A stretch of DNA of 64,000 bases from positions 42,408,001 to 42,472,000 of the forward strand of contig NC_043002.1 in assembly GCF_006345805.1 (NCBI RefSeq). Reading direction: 5' to 3'. The stretch's first letter is position 1. Each line of letters opens with the position of its first letter. Positions 25,513 through 37,796 of the stretch are shown piece by piece. Made by a program: the position numbers and the translations under genes. Source of the DNA: Octopus sinensis (Eukaryota). The notes under the pieces are model-generated. The model ran no database searches. It saw only the letters and a list, made by a program, of their open reading frames with translations, and had not been told where the DNA came from.

Positions 25513-26223
25513 TCTACTGAGGTCGACTTTGCCTTTCATTCTTTCGGGGTCAGTAAAATAAGTACCAGTCATGTACTAGGCTCAATGTAATTGACTTGCT
25601 TCTCCTCTTAGAAAATGCTGGCCCTGTGCCAAAATATTTGTTGTTATTATTTTCTAGCCCTTTGTGTTTTGATTTCAAATCCCACTGAGATCAGTCATGT
25701 TTTTTTTTAATTCCATTAGAAACAAGTACCATTGAGCAGAGGGTTAAATCTCAGCAAAGCATAATCTGTGACCTAATTGTAACTTTCTCTCTTTACATGC
25801 AATTCTGATGTCTTTGAGGAAAAGGCATTAGTCTAACTCCCATTTTCTCCCCTACTTGATGTCAATAACTAATCCCCTAATGGTAGAATATGTTTACCTC
25901 ATAATCAGAGCTATCTATGTGTGAGCTGTAATAAATATTTTATCACTTTATAGATGTGGAAACAGTTATTTCCTATAGTAGTAGCATACATATTTGTTTT
26001 TTTTTCACTCCCCCAGAACATAGCACTACATTTGCTATTTGTCTATAGAGACATTTCGATTGTGTTATACAGTGCAGTGTTCTGTGTGTGTGTGTGTGTG
26101 CGCATATGCACATCTGATATTGTGACTGGATTGTACTGTTTTTTTAATAATATTGCATATCAATTTTCCTACATCGTGTTTTGTTTTAGACATATATATA
26201 TCTATCTTTTTTCAAATTTATAT

Positions 26224-26604
26224 GCACAAATCTCTTTTATCCACATTACTCTTTTGCAGAGAGATTTTGGTTGTTATTGAATTGCCAGTTTATTCTTATG
26301 AATAATTATACCATCAGCAAGATTTTCTTTTTAATTTGTTCTTGACAAAAACTTGGGAAGCGATGGACTAAATGCTGTACAGCATTTAGTTCTGTTACCC
26401 AAAGTCCAGTTTAGGGTCCAAAATGTAAGGCTTAGTAACCTATTCAGATCATTTCAATCAGTTATAGCCTCTTCTATAAAGATTGTTAGTATGAGTAATC
26501 ACATGAAGCCAAGGGAGTTCTCCAACTTGTCCTTCTTAAAAAAAAAAGACGTCATTTCACTACCCTCAAGCTCAATCATAAATGCTTATATGCAAATGAT
26601 TTGA
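26224..26604 (-). repeat. Right arm (likely template) of the inverted duplication; probably a decayed Penelope-like RT/thumb sequence
   Basis: Reverse complement of 24507-24851. Minus strand gives MIELE.. and GELPWLHVI, resembling the Penelope FT.E.E...LPFLDV block. Contains a 24-bp perfect palindrome at 26367-26390. Confidence 0.85.
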
Positions 26605-26670
26605 AAAATAATTGGAATTCATTTTTGTTCTCTACCCTGATTTTATTAATAGATGATTTGATCATTCATC

Positions 26671-26702
<32 letters not shown>

Positions 26703-26789
26703 AATGTGTGAGAGGGAGAGAGAGAGGGGTGGTGGATTTATTACAATAATTTACAGTAGGCTCTTCATCAAATTTCAAAATCTAGTGGA

Positions 26790-27140
26790 CTTTAATTGAT
26801 ACTTTTCCATTATTGTTGATGAGTGCACCGATATAACAGTTGTATAATTGTTGTTTAATCTAACTATATTTGACACTAATCTGAATGCTTCGCCCTGCAA
26901 AGTATATTTTCAGATTAGAAAGAACTGTTATTAATGTATGTAATCTCACACTGATGGGTAACATGATGAAATCTGTATTAAAAAATACTGCTCAGCACAC
27001 GTTTTAACTTCCTACAAAGCTTATAAAAGGTAGTCATTTGAATTATTCAGTGCATCAGCTGATTTTTCTCTCAATGAACTCCTCATAATACATAAAATGA
27101 GGGCCATATACTCACAATAATGATAGCAATAGTGTTTGAT
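26790..27140 (+). mobile_element. hAT transposase relic (GTF2IRD2/Buster-like)
   Basis: YFSIIVDECTDIT at 26800-26838 (first catalytic Asp motif), then TDG near 26950, a decayed HC..H block and IIHKMRA near 27085-27105, in hAT order. Confidence 0.6.
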
Positions 27141-27411
27141 ACTTTGATCAGCAACTTATTTTTTTCTTGTTCCACCCTGCTCCTCACTCTCACTCTGCCT
27201 TTCTCTCTCTTTCTCTTGTCCAAATACAAATGACCAGATCCATTATTTTTAACTGCAGTATTCTCAGAGTTTACTCTTAAATGTTTCCACTTAGTGAAAT
27301 AGCTTCATTGGCATATTCTTCATCATAAGGTTTTCATTATTTCCATCTTCTGTAGATTCATATCTTGCATTAAATAACGGTCACCAATCTTTTCCAGAAA
27401 TGTACCTCCCT

Positions 27412-27633
27412 TATTTCTTTATTGCCCACAAGGGGCTAAACATAGAGGGGACAAACAAAGAGATTAAGTCGATTACATCAACCCCAGTGCATAACCAGTA
27501 CTTAATTCATCGAACCCCGAAAAGATGGAAGGCAAAATTGACCTTGGCGGAATTTGAACTCAGAACGTAACAGCAGACAAAATACCGCTAAGCATTTCAC
27601 CCAGCGTGCTAACATTTTTGCCAGTTCGCCGCC
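27412..27633 (-). mobile_element. Well-preserved family-B tRNA-derived SINE
   Basis: Minus strand GGCGGCGAACTGGC...GTTCTGAGTTCAAATTCCGCC (B-box)...CCCCTTGTGGGCAATAAAGAAATAA. Confidence 0.88.
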
Positions 27634-30039
27634 AAGTTTCTCTTTTCAACTACTGTATAGTGGTTTTAGTACACATCACTAGGTGTACATCTTGTGTAAA
27701 GTTCCCTAATTTGAAAGTAGAGCCAAATTTTCAATTTATTTTGTTATATTTGTATTAAACATAGATTTTGTGTTTCACTAACACCAATATATCATGTCAG
27801 AGCTATTTTTGTAATTTAGAGCATGGGCTGTGAATTAGCACCTTTTTTTTTCTCTCTCTCTCTACAAAGTTCAAATCTTTCAAGTCTTAAAGTGTGATGG
27901 AAAATATTGCTGAGGTTATGATAAAAATTTGATTTTTCTATATCTTAGCTTAGGTAACAGAGTAGAACTGCATCACACATATTTAGTTAATGCAATCAAC
28001 ATCCCTTTGCTATTTCCTGTTTGTATTATTACAGTTCTATTGTTATAGCACAATGTATGACATGCTGTCGAATTTTCCACTGTCAGACTAACAACATAAC
28101 ATTTCTTTGAGTGAGTGCATGCATGCTTGCATGCACATAACCATAACTTACTTGTGCAATCATTTCAAAGGACTGAGATGCAGGAAAGAAAGGATAGATT
28201 AAACCAACTAAAATATTATACAAAAAAGAAACAAAAGGTTTGTGTGTGTTATATTCAATGAAACGATATTAACTTTGTAGATCATATCTTAAAGTAGGAT
28301 AGAGCGTGATGTTTTATCATATTGTTTTATTTTCTTTTACACAATTTATTGATTATTGCTGATAAACATTTTTTTTTTTTTTTATATTTGATTGGACAAA
28401 GATCAATAACTCCCTCGAGCCTTAGAGTATTTTTTAAATATTAAATCCTGAATTTCTATAATCTTTCTTTTATGAATTTTTAAAAAGTAGGAAAATACAC
28501 ACCAAACAAATAAAACAAGCCAAGCCAAACAATTGCTAAAATTTTTAGCAATTCATATGGAATATTAAACTGCATCAGGCAAAGTTCAATATTTATATAA
28601 TGCAAAATATTCAATAATTCTTTCTCAGCTAAAAGAAAGAAAAAAGTAAATATTCTGTGTAATCCACCATTGGATGTGACATTTTAAGTTGATATTGGTT
28701 TTCAAGTTGATATTGTGGAGGCATATCATTTTTCATATAACTGTTGGTACTGGGAAATAATTTCTCTGTACTGTTTGAGAACAATTTCTAATAAATAATT
28801 ATTTTCATATAAATACAAATATACAGTGATACAACCAATATGTTTTCTTCAGTGTGGTATAGAAGTCTACTGCAGTTAGATTTGAACATAAAATGCAAAG
28901 GGTTGTGTCTAAATATCCAAGACAAGTCAGTTTGGTGATCTCTGAATTCTACCATCTATTGCCTTTTTAAGAGAAAATAGATTTGTTTTTCAATAATCTT
29001 CTATATATAAAAATACATGTATACTTGTCAGTAAGTATTTGCTGGCATAGGTTTCAAGGTAAGTTTCATCCAGAAGAACATTAATTTTAACATCTAACCT
29101 GAGAACAGAAAATCTTTTAAGTTGATGAAAGAACTGTTACATTGGTGATTGGCCTGCTACAATAGCAACCAAATATCCTTCTTATCAAGCTTTACTATCT
29201 TAAAAAAAAAAAAGAAAGGATCACATTGGATAATGTAGTCCAGATCACCCCATTCCTAGAAAAGCATAAAAGTAACAACTGGAATGCCTTTGATCAGAAG
29301 TTACTTCAGCCAGAACTGACTTGCTAAACACCTACTTTCATTCTCTGAGAAGTGTTCAAGGCATGTATGCACAACTCCCTTGTAAATAATTACTTTATAT
29401 TTATACATAATCTGCAAAATAGTTATCATGGTATTTAAACTAAACCTTTCTAGTTTTAATACTATGATAACTATTTTAATCTTCCATTTTCCTGAGGATA
29501 GATACTCAAGTACCAGATACCATATCTGTGTATAACACACAGATCTAATTATGGTTAACAAAATTCTAGGTAAAAAATTATAATACTTATTAACATTTCT
29601 TTTGTACTGTAATTTATGAAAAATAATACTGTTAAATTTATTATAACTACTGTACAAAATACTTTGAGAAACTTCACATATAGTTAACAAAGCAAAATGA
29701 ATTAGAAAGTGAGCTTTGAACTTTACAGTTGCAGGCCATGGAAATTATGTAATGCTTTCAATATTGTTTACTGAAAACTATCTTATTTTCTGACATGGGG
29801 GCTAAACAACAAAGATAACAAAAACAATGAAACTGCTAAACGAGTATGAAATGAAAAGTGTCTACAGAGAATATTATCAAATATCAACATGAAGTGGGAA
29901 CTTGTCTTTCAGACTATTGAACTCCAAAATTCTGTAATCACCTGTGTTCTTTGAATGGGGAGTAAAAATGTTATTGTGTACCAAATCTCAACAACAAATA
30001 TATTTAAAAACTTCAGATATGAAACACTTTACTCACTAT

Positions 30040-30455
30040 ATAGTTATGAAGTTCACTTCCCAGCCACATGGTTTCAGGTTCAGTCCCACTTTGTAGCACC
30101 TTGGGCAAATGTCTCTTACTATAGTGCCAGACAGACAGACAGACAGATAGACCAAAGCCTTGTGAGTGGATTTGATAGACAGAAACTGAAGAAAAGTCAG
30201 CTTCACATGTGTGTGTGTCGGTTTGTGTCTCTTTCTCCTTGACAAGATAGTTTACAACTATCATACAATATCAAGACATTATACAAGTGATGCCCTATAT
30301 CTCCAATTTTCCCTGTAAACATGTTTAGTCTTGGGAAAAATATTACCTTGCTTGGAAACACAGGTAAAGATTAGTGAAAGAAAGGGCATCCAACTACAGA
30401 AAATCTGCCTCTATGAATTTTATCTGACCTATGCATGCATGGAAAAGTAGACAAA
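30040..30455 (+). mobile_element. Composite SINE (tRNA-like head, RTE-like tail)
   Basis: B-box GGTTCAGTCCC, (GACA)n insert, tail gggcatccaactacagaaaatctgcc...gcatggaaaagtagac. Confidence 0.7.
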
Positions 30456-30475
30456 GTATATATATATATATATAT

Positions 30476-30862
30476 CATTATCATCATCCTCATTTAATGT
30501 CTGTTTTCCATGCTGGCATGGGTTAGATGGTTTTGACTGGGGACTGGCAAGCTAGGAGGCTGCACCAGGCTCCAATCTGATCTGGCAATGTTTCTACAGC
30601 TGGATGCCCTTCCTAACACCAACCACTCCGAGAATGTAGTGGGTGCTTTTTATGAGCCACTGGCATGGGAGCCAGTCAGGCAACACTGGCATTGGCCATG
30701 TTCAGATGGTGCTTTTTACGGGGAGCCAGTCAGGCGGCTCTGGCAGTGACCCACGCATGAATGGTGCTTATTGCGTGCCACCAACACTGGTATCGGCCAC
30801 AACTACAATTTCCATTTGATTTTGATTTACTTGACTCATTAGGTCTCCTCAAGTATGGCATA
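30476..30862 (-). mobile_element. RTE-tail-bearing non-autonomous retroposon (family D)
   Basis: (CAT)n-ttaatgtctgttttccatgctggcatgggtt...ggatgcccttcctaacaccaaccac, closely similar to 36623-36894. Confidence 0.8.
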
Positions 30863-32724
30863 TATATCTATAATTTCAAAGCTTCACTGAATTAAATAGC
30901 AATGCAAGTTGTTTACCTTGGACTGAGTCTGTAATGTTAAATTTATTTTGAACTCTTTTTGTCTGTCTGTATGTATGTATGTATGTATGTATGTATGTAT
31001 GTGTGTGTGTATATGTGAGTGCGTGTGTGCACACACACACACACACACAAGTGAGAGAGAGAAAACATTAGCTTGCTTTTTCAACAAATAAATAACCTTT
31101 CACCCTTTGGAAATATTAAGCAAACTAATTTGAATAAATAATACATTGTCTTCTGCAGCAGCTGATGATAAAATTAAATATAACATGAAAATAGCCTTGT
31201 ATATCAGTAATCAGAACATGCCTGGTATTATCTCTTAGAATCTACACAGCTGTAGCTTAGATGATATGTCTAATCTTTATTCTATTCTTTATGCCATCTT
31301 GTGTTTCTCTTCATTACTGATTTCATTCTAGAAATCAGCTCCCAGTAATCCTTGTTAATAAAATAATAGTCTTTGACATAGACTTAGAATAGATTTTCTG
31401 CAAGGCCTGTCTGATCCTCTGAAGAGGATAATTGGAAAATAGGAATATTTTGTTTTGTTTATTTGATTTGATTTAGCAGTAGGTTGAGATACACATTTAT
31501 TAAGCTTAAAACAAATCTATGATTATATATCTATGTATAATCTGAGTTAATAAATTGGTATATTAAAAAATTAGTTTGTAAAATGTTGTGTATTGTAAAT
31601 CTCTTCAATAGTATAAAGATTAGGAACTTTTCTTTTTTTTATCATAATCCTGTTGGATATCTACATGTGCTGATTATATTAATGTATGTGCAATATATAA
31701 AGAGATATACAAACATGAATCTAGTCGATAGTAATAGTGGAAGCTGTCTATCCCAACAATTTAGGGTTGGATTGGATTATGTGTGTGACTCACAAGTAAG
31801 GTTCAAAGTTAGCAGTGGTTTTTATCTTCTCATAAAGTACCTGGCACTTAAGACTAATTAAAGTGGACCGTGCCCTGTTAGAAATAACTGACTTTAAGTT
31901 CCAATATCTTTAGCCTATTATCTGGGTATTTATTTTGATAAGTACACTTCATCTGATGGATATGTACAATGTCAGCAATAAGGATGAGATGGAAATCTGT
32001 GTATGTGTGCAAAGTAATTTGAATAAAAAGGAAGATATCAGGTATTTTCTCTAGCCATTTTGATAAAATTCTTATCTGTATATGTTGAATCAGATCTATG
32101 AAATATTCTCATTAATTATATAGTTATATAAAGTTTCTGAGGTTTGTCTTTCCACTGCACTGCGCTTTAAACCAGGTTACTTATTTGCTATGATAGAGGG
32201 ATATGGGATACTGAGACTCTCCTCTGTGTGTGTGTAATACACACACACACACACTATTGTTCATCAGTACTGTATAAATGAAATATTAATATAAACAACC
32301 AACCAAAAGTATGAAGTGATGTTAGACATGATTATATTAATTATTTAATTTGCCTCTTATAACATGCTACTTTTGATGGGGGCAAGCTTTAGTCCAGGTG
32401 TTGCAAATTAGATAGTTTCTGAGTACAATGACAGTCATAATTTAATTTGTAATGTCCAAAGGATGAAGGTGGCTGAAATTTAATAGTTTTCTGTTTCTTT
32501 TGCTTTCTCCAGTTGTTAATATCACAAATATACCCAGGGGTACTTAGTGACATTGGAAGGGAAACTTCTGCTTTGTCATGCTGATTATGATAGTAAAACT
32601 ATGTCAAAGATGTTTATGTTCTCTTCTTTAAAAAGTACAATGGTTATAAGGCAAACATACTGAACTTCTGACCACATGGATTTTCAGTTCTCTGACTACA
32701 TCATTTGTGTTGTATCTCTGGATA

Positions 32725-33106
32725 ACTCTTTTACTCTTTTACTCTTTTACTTGTTTCAGTCATTTGACTGCGGCCATGCTGGAGCACCACCTTTTAGTAC
32801 TTATTCTATCGGTCTCTTTTTGCCGAACCGCTAAGTGACGGGGACGTAAACACACCAGCATCGGTTGTCAAGCAATGCTAGGGGGACAAACACAGACACA
32901 CAAACACACACATACAAACATATATATATATATACATATATACGACAGGCTTCTTTCAGTTTCCGTCTACCAAATCCACTCACAAGGCATTGGTCGGCCC
33001 GGGGCTATAGCAGAAGACACTTGCCCAAGATGCCACGCAGTGGGACTGAACCCGCAACCGTGTGGTTGGTTAGCAAGCTACTTACCACACAGCCACTCCT
33101 GCGCCT
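32725..33106 (-). mobile_element. Young family-A tRNA-derived SINE with a short internal deletion
   Basis: Reverse complement of 10701-11070; retains many CpGs; lacks the ~40-nt gaccccaggacttattctttgtaagcc segment. Confidence 0.92.
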
Positions 33107-33426
33107 ATTAAGTGACATAAATCTGCTTGTTTCACTTGGCCTAATTGCTTAAAACAAATCCTGCTCCTACTTGACAGTTGTTGCTGTTTTATTTGATTAG
33201 CTCCAGTTTAGCATATGATTGACAGCATTACTCTCCCCCCACCTCACTGCCCCAACTATAACCATTGAATCTTTTATTAGGCATAATGTTATCCAGTGTT
33301 GGGCACTTCTAAGATATTAAAGTGTGATTTGAGGGAGATTTGCCAGTTATTTTTTGCAAGTCAAGCAACTGCATGGAGGAAATTCACTATTTCCAAAATC
33401 CATAAAAGAATGTGCTTAAAGCATTA

Positions 33427-33686
33427 AATAAAAATAAATGCGCCCTTTTAAAGCTTAGCCAGGCTCGTGGGCCCGGTTTCCCAGTTTCTATGGCATATGT
33501 GTTCCCCAGCTGGATGGGATGCCAGTCCATTGCAGCGTTACTCATTTTTGCCAGCTAAGTGGACTGGAGCATCGTGAAATGAAGTGTTTTGCTCAAGAAC
33601 ACAAAGCATCGCCCAGTCCAGGGATCGAAACCACAATCTTACAATCATGATGCTGACACCCTAACCACGAAGCCATGTGCCTCCAC
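33427..33686 (-). mobile_element. Family-C tRNA-derived SINE with 13-bp TSD
   Basis: Minus-strand A-box TGGCTTCGTGG and B-box GTTTCGATCCC. TSD GCTTAAAGCATTA (33414-26) / GCTTAAGGCATTA (33687-99), one mismatch. Confidence 0.88.
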
Positions 33687-35514
33687 GCTTAAGGCATTAG
33701 CATAAATATATTGAGATAAATGAATGTGTCTTCATCCATAGTGACTGGATATGCATCAAACACTTTGTCAAGCAATTAGAACAGACATTTCAGTAAGTAT
33801 GCCTGTCTCTTCTCTCTCTACCTATCTATATTTTAAACTAAACAAAATTACCCATATACAATATATCTGCAATGTATGTATCTCTGTAGCGGAATGGATG
33901 GAAGAGAATGATTTGCTAGGTAAAAAGTACTTTTATTTACATTTACAAACTTTGTACTGTTAACCATTCAGCTATGTTCACTGAAGAGCAGTGAATCAAT
34001 AGGATTGTTCCTTCAGTGGGAAAGAGTATTGCTCTCTTCCTTCTCCCGCTCCTCTCTCTCGCTCTCTCTCATATTCATTATCATATGTATGTACACAAAT
34101 ATTTATATCCATGAATGCATGTGTATGTGTGGGTGTTCGTATATGGGTGTGTGTTTGTGCATAAACCTTCATTATTTTCACTTTTGAATATTGTACTTCA
34201 TTTTTGATAATGATTAATTTGTAATTTATTATTCAATTTTAAATAACATTCCAGTTCCATATACCAAGTAGGACACAGACATTCACCACAAATTAATCTA
34301 TTTAAAAATCAGAATGCTTGTGAAACATCCATCAATTATGATGTATACAAGTCATGCTTATATGTATATATATAGAATTGCGCATGTATTATGGATACTT
34401 CATTGTGATGGTTTTGCTTTTGGGCCTCTTATTTTATAGGGTAAGCTGTTTTAACATTTGCTTTTCATCAAGATCTTTCTATTGTGTTTAATTAGCAATT
34501 CATTGTTGAATGCAATTTCGTGTGTGTGTGTGTGTGTGTGTGTGTGAGAGAAAGAGAGAGAGAGAGAGAAATGAACTCAATAATTGTGGAGGTATTGAAT
34601 TTTCTTTTTTTTTTTTTTCAGTCATGTGTGAAAATGTGTGTATGTATGTATGTATGTCTGTATATGCATTTATATATATTGTTGCAAAGTTGGCAAAACC
34701 TTGCTCAGATTTGTTCCTCATTGCTAAAATATTTGCTTCATAATTATTTTACTAGAGTTTGATCCTTTTGAAGGTTCTTAAGCCATTAAATTGTTTTGAG
34801 AATAAATTATTCAGATACACTACCCATATGAGTATTAGCATATTTAATGCTGAAAGAATTACAAAAATACTGACACAGTATAATTACATGGTGGAGAAAA
34901 AACAAAACAATTCTCATTTTCTATATTAGCCACAATACATTCACTTGGTGATTTTCTCTTCACTTTGAGCTCAGTGAAGTCTGTTTTACTAATACAGTCA
35001 TAAGTCTGGAAAGATTTTCAATTTTTTTTGTTTTTTGTTTTTTCGGTATTTGCCAAAATAATTAAAATATTATTAATCAATGACTAATATTGTATTTTTT
35101 CTCACTACATAATTATTTCAAGTTAGTTTTTTTTTATGGTCTCTTCATTAAATATGCTAATACTAAATTAACTATATTGTTTGTATACCAGAATAAATCA
35201 ATGAGTGTTGGTAGATTTGGCAAATTAGTGCATAATTGAAATTACATGCTACACCATAAAGTACATGAACTTTGTGTGTGTGTATATATATATATAAGGC
35301 AAATAAGAAAATACCTTATAAATTCTGGGTAAATTTCTGTTTTACCCCACTCATACCTAGTATTCAATTTTGATACTGCCCTGCAATAGTAAGCACTTGG
35401 ATATAAATACATAGGTATACATAGTATATTGGATATTTATTATCCCTTAGATGGTTACTTAATCTCTAACTCATACATACATGTGTGTATCTATACATAT
35501 GTATATATATATTT

Positions 35515-35830
35515 TTTTACTTGTTTCAGTCATTAGACTGCAGCCATTTAGTTAAATGTATTAACCCTAGTACTTATATTTTTGGGGGCTCGTACTTACT
35601 CTATCAGTTACTTTTACTAAACCATTAAGTTACGGGCACTTAAACATACCAAGAGACACACACACACACACACAATGGGTTTCTTTCAGTTTCCATCTAG
35701 CAAATCCACTCACAAGGCTTTGGTTGGCCCGAGGCTATAGTAGAAAACACCTGTCCAAGGTGCTATGCAGTTAGTCTGAACCTGAAATCATGGGGTTGGG
35801 AAGCAAGCTTCTTACTACACAGCTATGCCT
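35515..35830 (-). mobile_element. Older family-A SINE
   Basis: tacttgtttcagtcattagactgcagccat...caaatccactcacaaggctttgg...cttactacacagctatgcct. Confidence 0.8.
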
Positions 35831-36622
35831 AGACTTGCTATGAAATATTCAGAGCTTCTTACATGCAGATTGCCTGCAACAAACTACTTAAGCTTGAGAA
35901 ATGAATGCTTGTGTAACACACATGTCTTCTAAAATGTTTAAAAAAAAAAAAGAAAAGCTGTCAGATGAGATCTCAATTTGTCCATGGCAAAGCCACTTAA
36001 CCTTAACTTTGTATGTATATGATTGTGTGTGTATGTGTGTGTGCATATGTATAAAACAGAGAAAGAGAGAGAGAAAACCATGAGATCCAACCCTCATAGT
36101 TATAAACTATCAGAAATTCATTGCTAGAAGGAATTTATAATTAACAAATATTTATGAAGCTTAAGTGATGAAATTAAGTCATCCTGTAAACTTAGGCCAT
36201 GAAACAGGTACTTATGTTATGGCCTTGCTCTCAATATGAATGTGTTAGTGCTATAATTTCCACACTTCATATAAAGGCAGCCAAAAAATTTGTTAGTTTT
36301 TCAATACATTTCTAATTTTCAATTAATTTTTAACACATGTATATATTTATATCCTGTTAATCATGTAATTTAGATACTTATAAATAAGTTTCAAATTCAC
36401 TTAAGAAATTTCTCTTTTCCTAAATTGTTTTCCAAGGTTAAGGAAAATTATAGATAAATGAATAATTGATATTTAGTCATGTTCTACTTATGATTGATAT
36501 TTAAAATATTCTGTTGTAAATACTTTTACTAGTAAGTAAATAAGTTCCTTTTTAAGGTATAAATTCACTATAGTAGGAGAGGTCTTTGATCATGCTAATC
36601 TTTAATATATTTAACTAGTGTG

Positions 36623-36894
36623 TCATCATCATCATTGTTTAACGTCCGTTTTCCATGCTGGCATGGGTTGGACAGTTCGACTGGGATCTGGGAAGCCAGG
36701 AGGCTGCACCAGGCTCCAGTCTGTTCTGGCAGTGTTTCTACAGCTGGATGCCCTTCCTAATGCCAACCACTCTGAGAGTATAGTGAGTGCTTTTTATGTG
36801 CCACCAGCCCAGGGGCCAGAAGGGGCTGGCATCAACCATTGGATGGTGCTTTTTACGTGCCAGCAGCACGGGAGCCAGTCAAAGCGATGGCCAC
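36623..36894 (-). mobile_element. Family-D RTE-tail retroposon
   Basis: catcatcatcattgtttaacgtccgttttccatgctggcatgggttggac...; homologous to 30476-30862. Confidence 0.8.
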
Positions 36895-37569
36895 ATATTT
36901 TATTGAAATCTGAAGGATAAATAAGAAAGCTTTCTCTAGTGAGATTTAAGACTAGTACTGTGAGGTTTAAAAATCTGTATATTGTAAAACATGTAGTCTA
37001 CTTCTCTATTTATTTATTTTCATCACTTCTGCTACTCCAGTAAATATAATTAATATTGCTCTTCCTTTTTGAAGATAAATCACGAAACTTTGTAAAAGCA
37101 CAATATCAGCATTCCACTATTAGAAGTTTGAACTTCATGACATGAATTCTTTTAAAAACTCTTACCATCACCCATTTCTGTTATTATCACTCCTCTTTTC
37201 AGTTGCTAGCTAATCTAACTACTTAGGCTGTTTTGTTTTTTATTCAACTCACTTATATGGTTACTCTTTCTCCTCATTTGCCATCTTTCCTACCATCCCA
37301 CCACTTTGTATTCCCTCCATCACATTCATATTCAAACTTTTTTTTTTGTTACACTGCCATCTTTCATCTTCTATTCTCACTTTTGGTTCCCGAGAAGAAT
37401 GGAAATGGCATGGAGCAGAGAGGACTCATTAGTCTTTCAGAGAGTAAAGCAGTGTCTCTAGTGCTGTTGCCTTGATAAAATACGCCCTGTGCTCTCGGTA
37501 ATGTGGTTAGCATTTGAATGGCAGTGACATAGGAGTGAGAGAGTTCATTATATGGCAACAACATAGGGC

Positions 37570-37796
37570 TTAATGATCACTCCAATGCTGGTGCCTTGAT
37601 AACATTGCACCCTGTACTTTCTGCAAAGTGGTTGATATTTGGAAGGGTATCGAGCTGTATGGAACATAAAAGTGAAGTATGTTCCTCTGATCCATCTACT
37701 AGGTATGTAATTCTAAATACGAACTTCGCTTGGACTGTGTCAACCCATCCATCCAATGCCAGCACAGAAAGCAGATATATATGATGATGATGATGA
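37570..37796 (+). mobile_element. Degraded family-D retroposon in opposite orientation
   Basis: aagtggttgatatttggaagggtatcgagctgta...ccatccaatgccagcacagaaagcag...(ATG)n is the reverse complement of the family-D layout. Confidence 0.65.
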
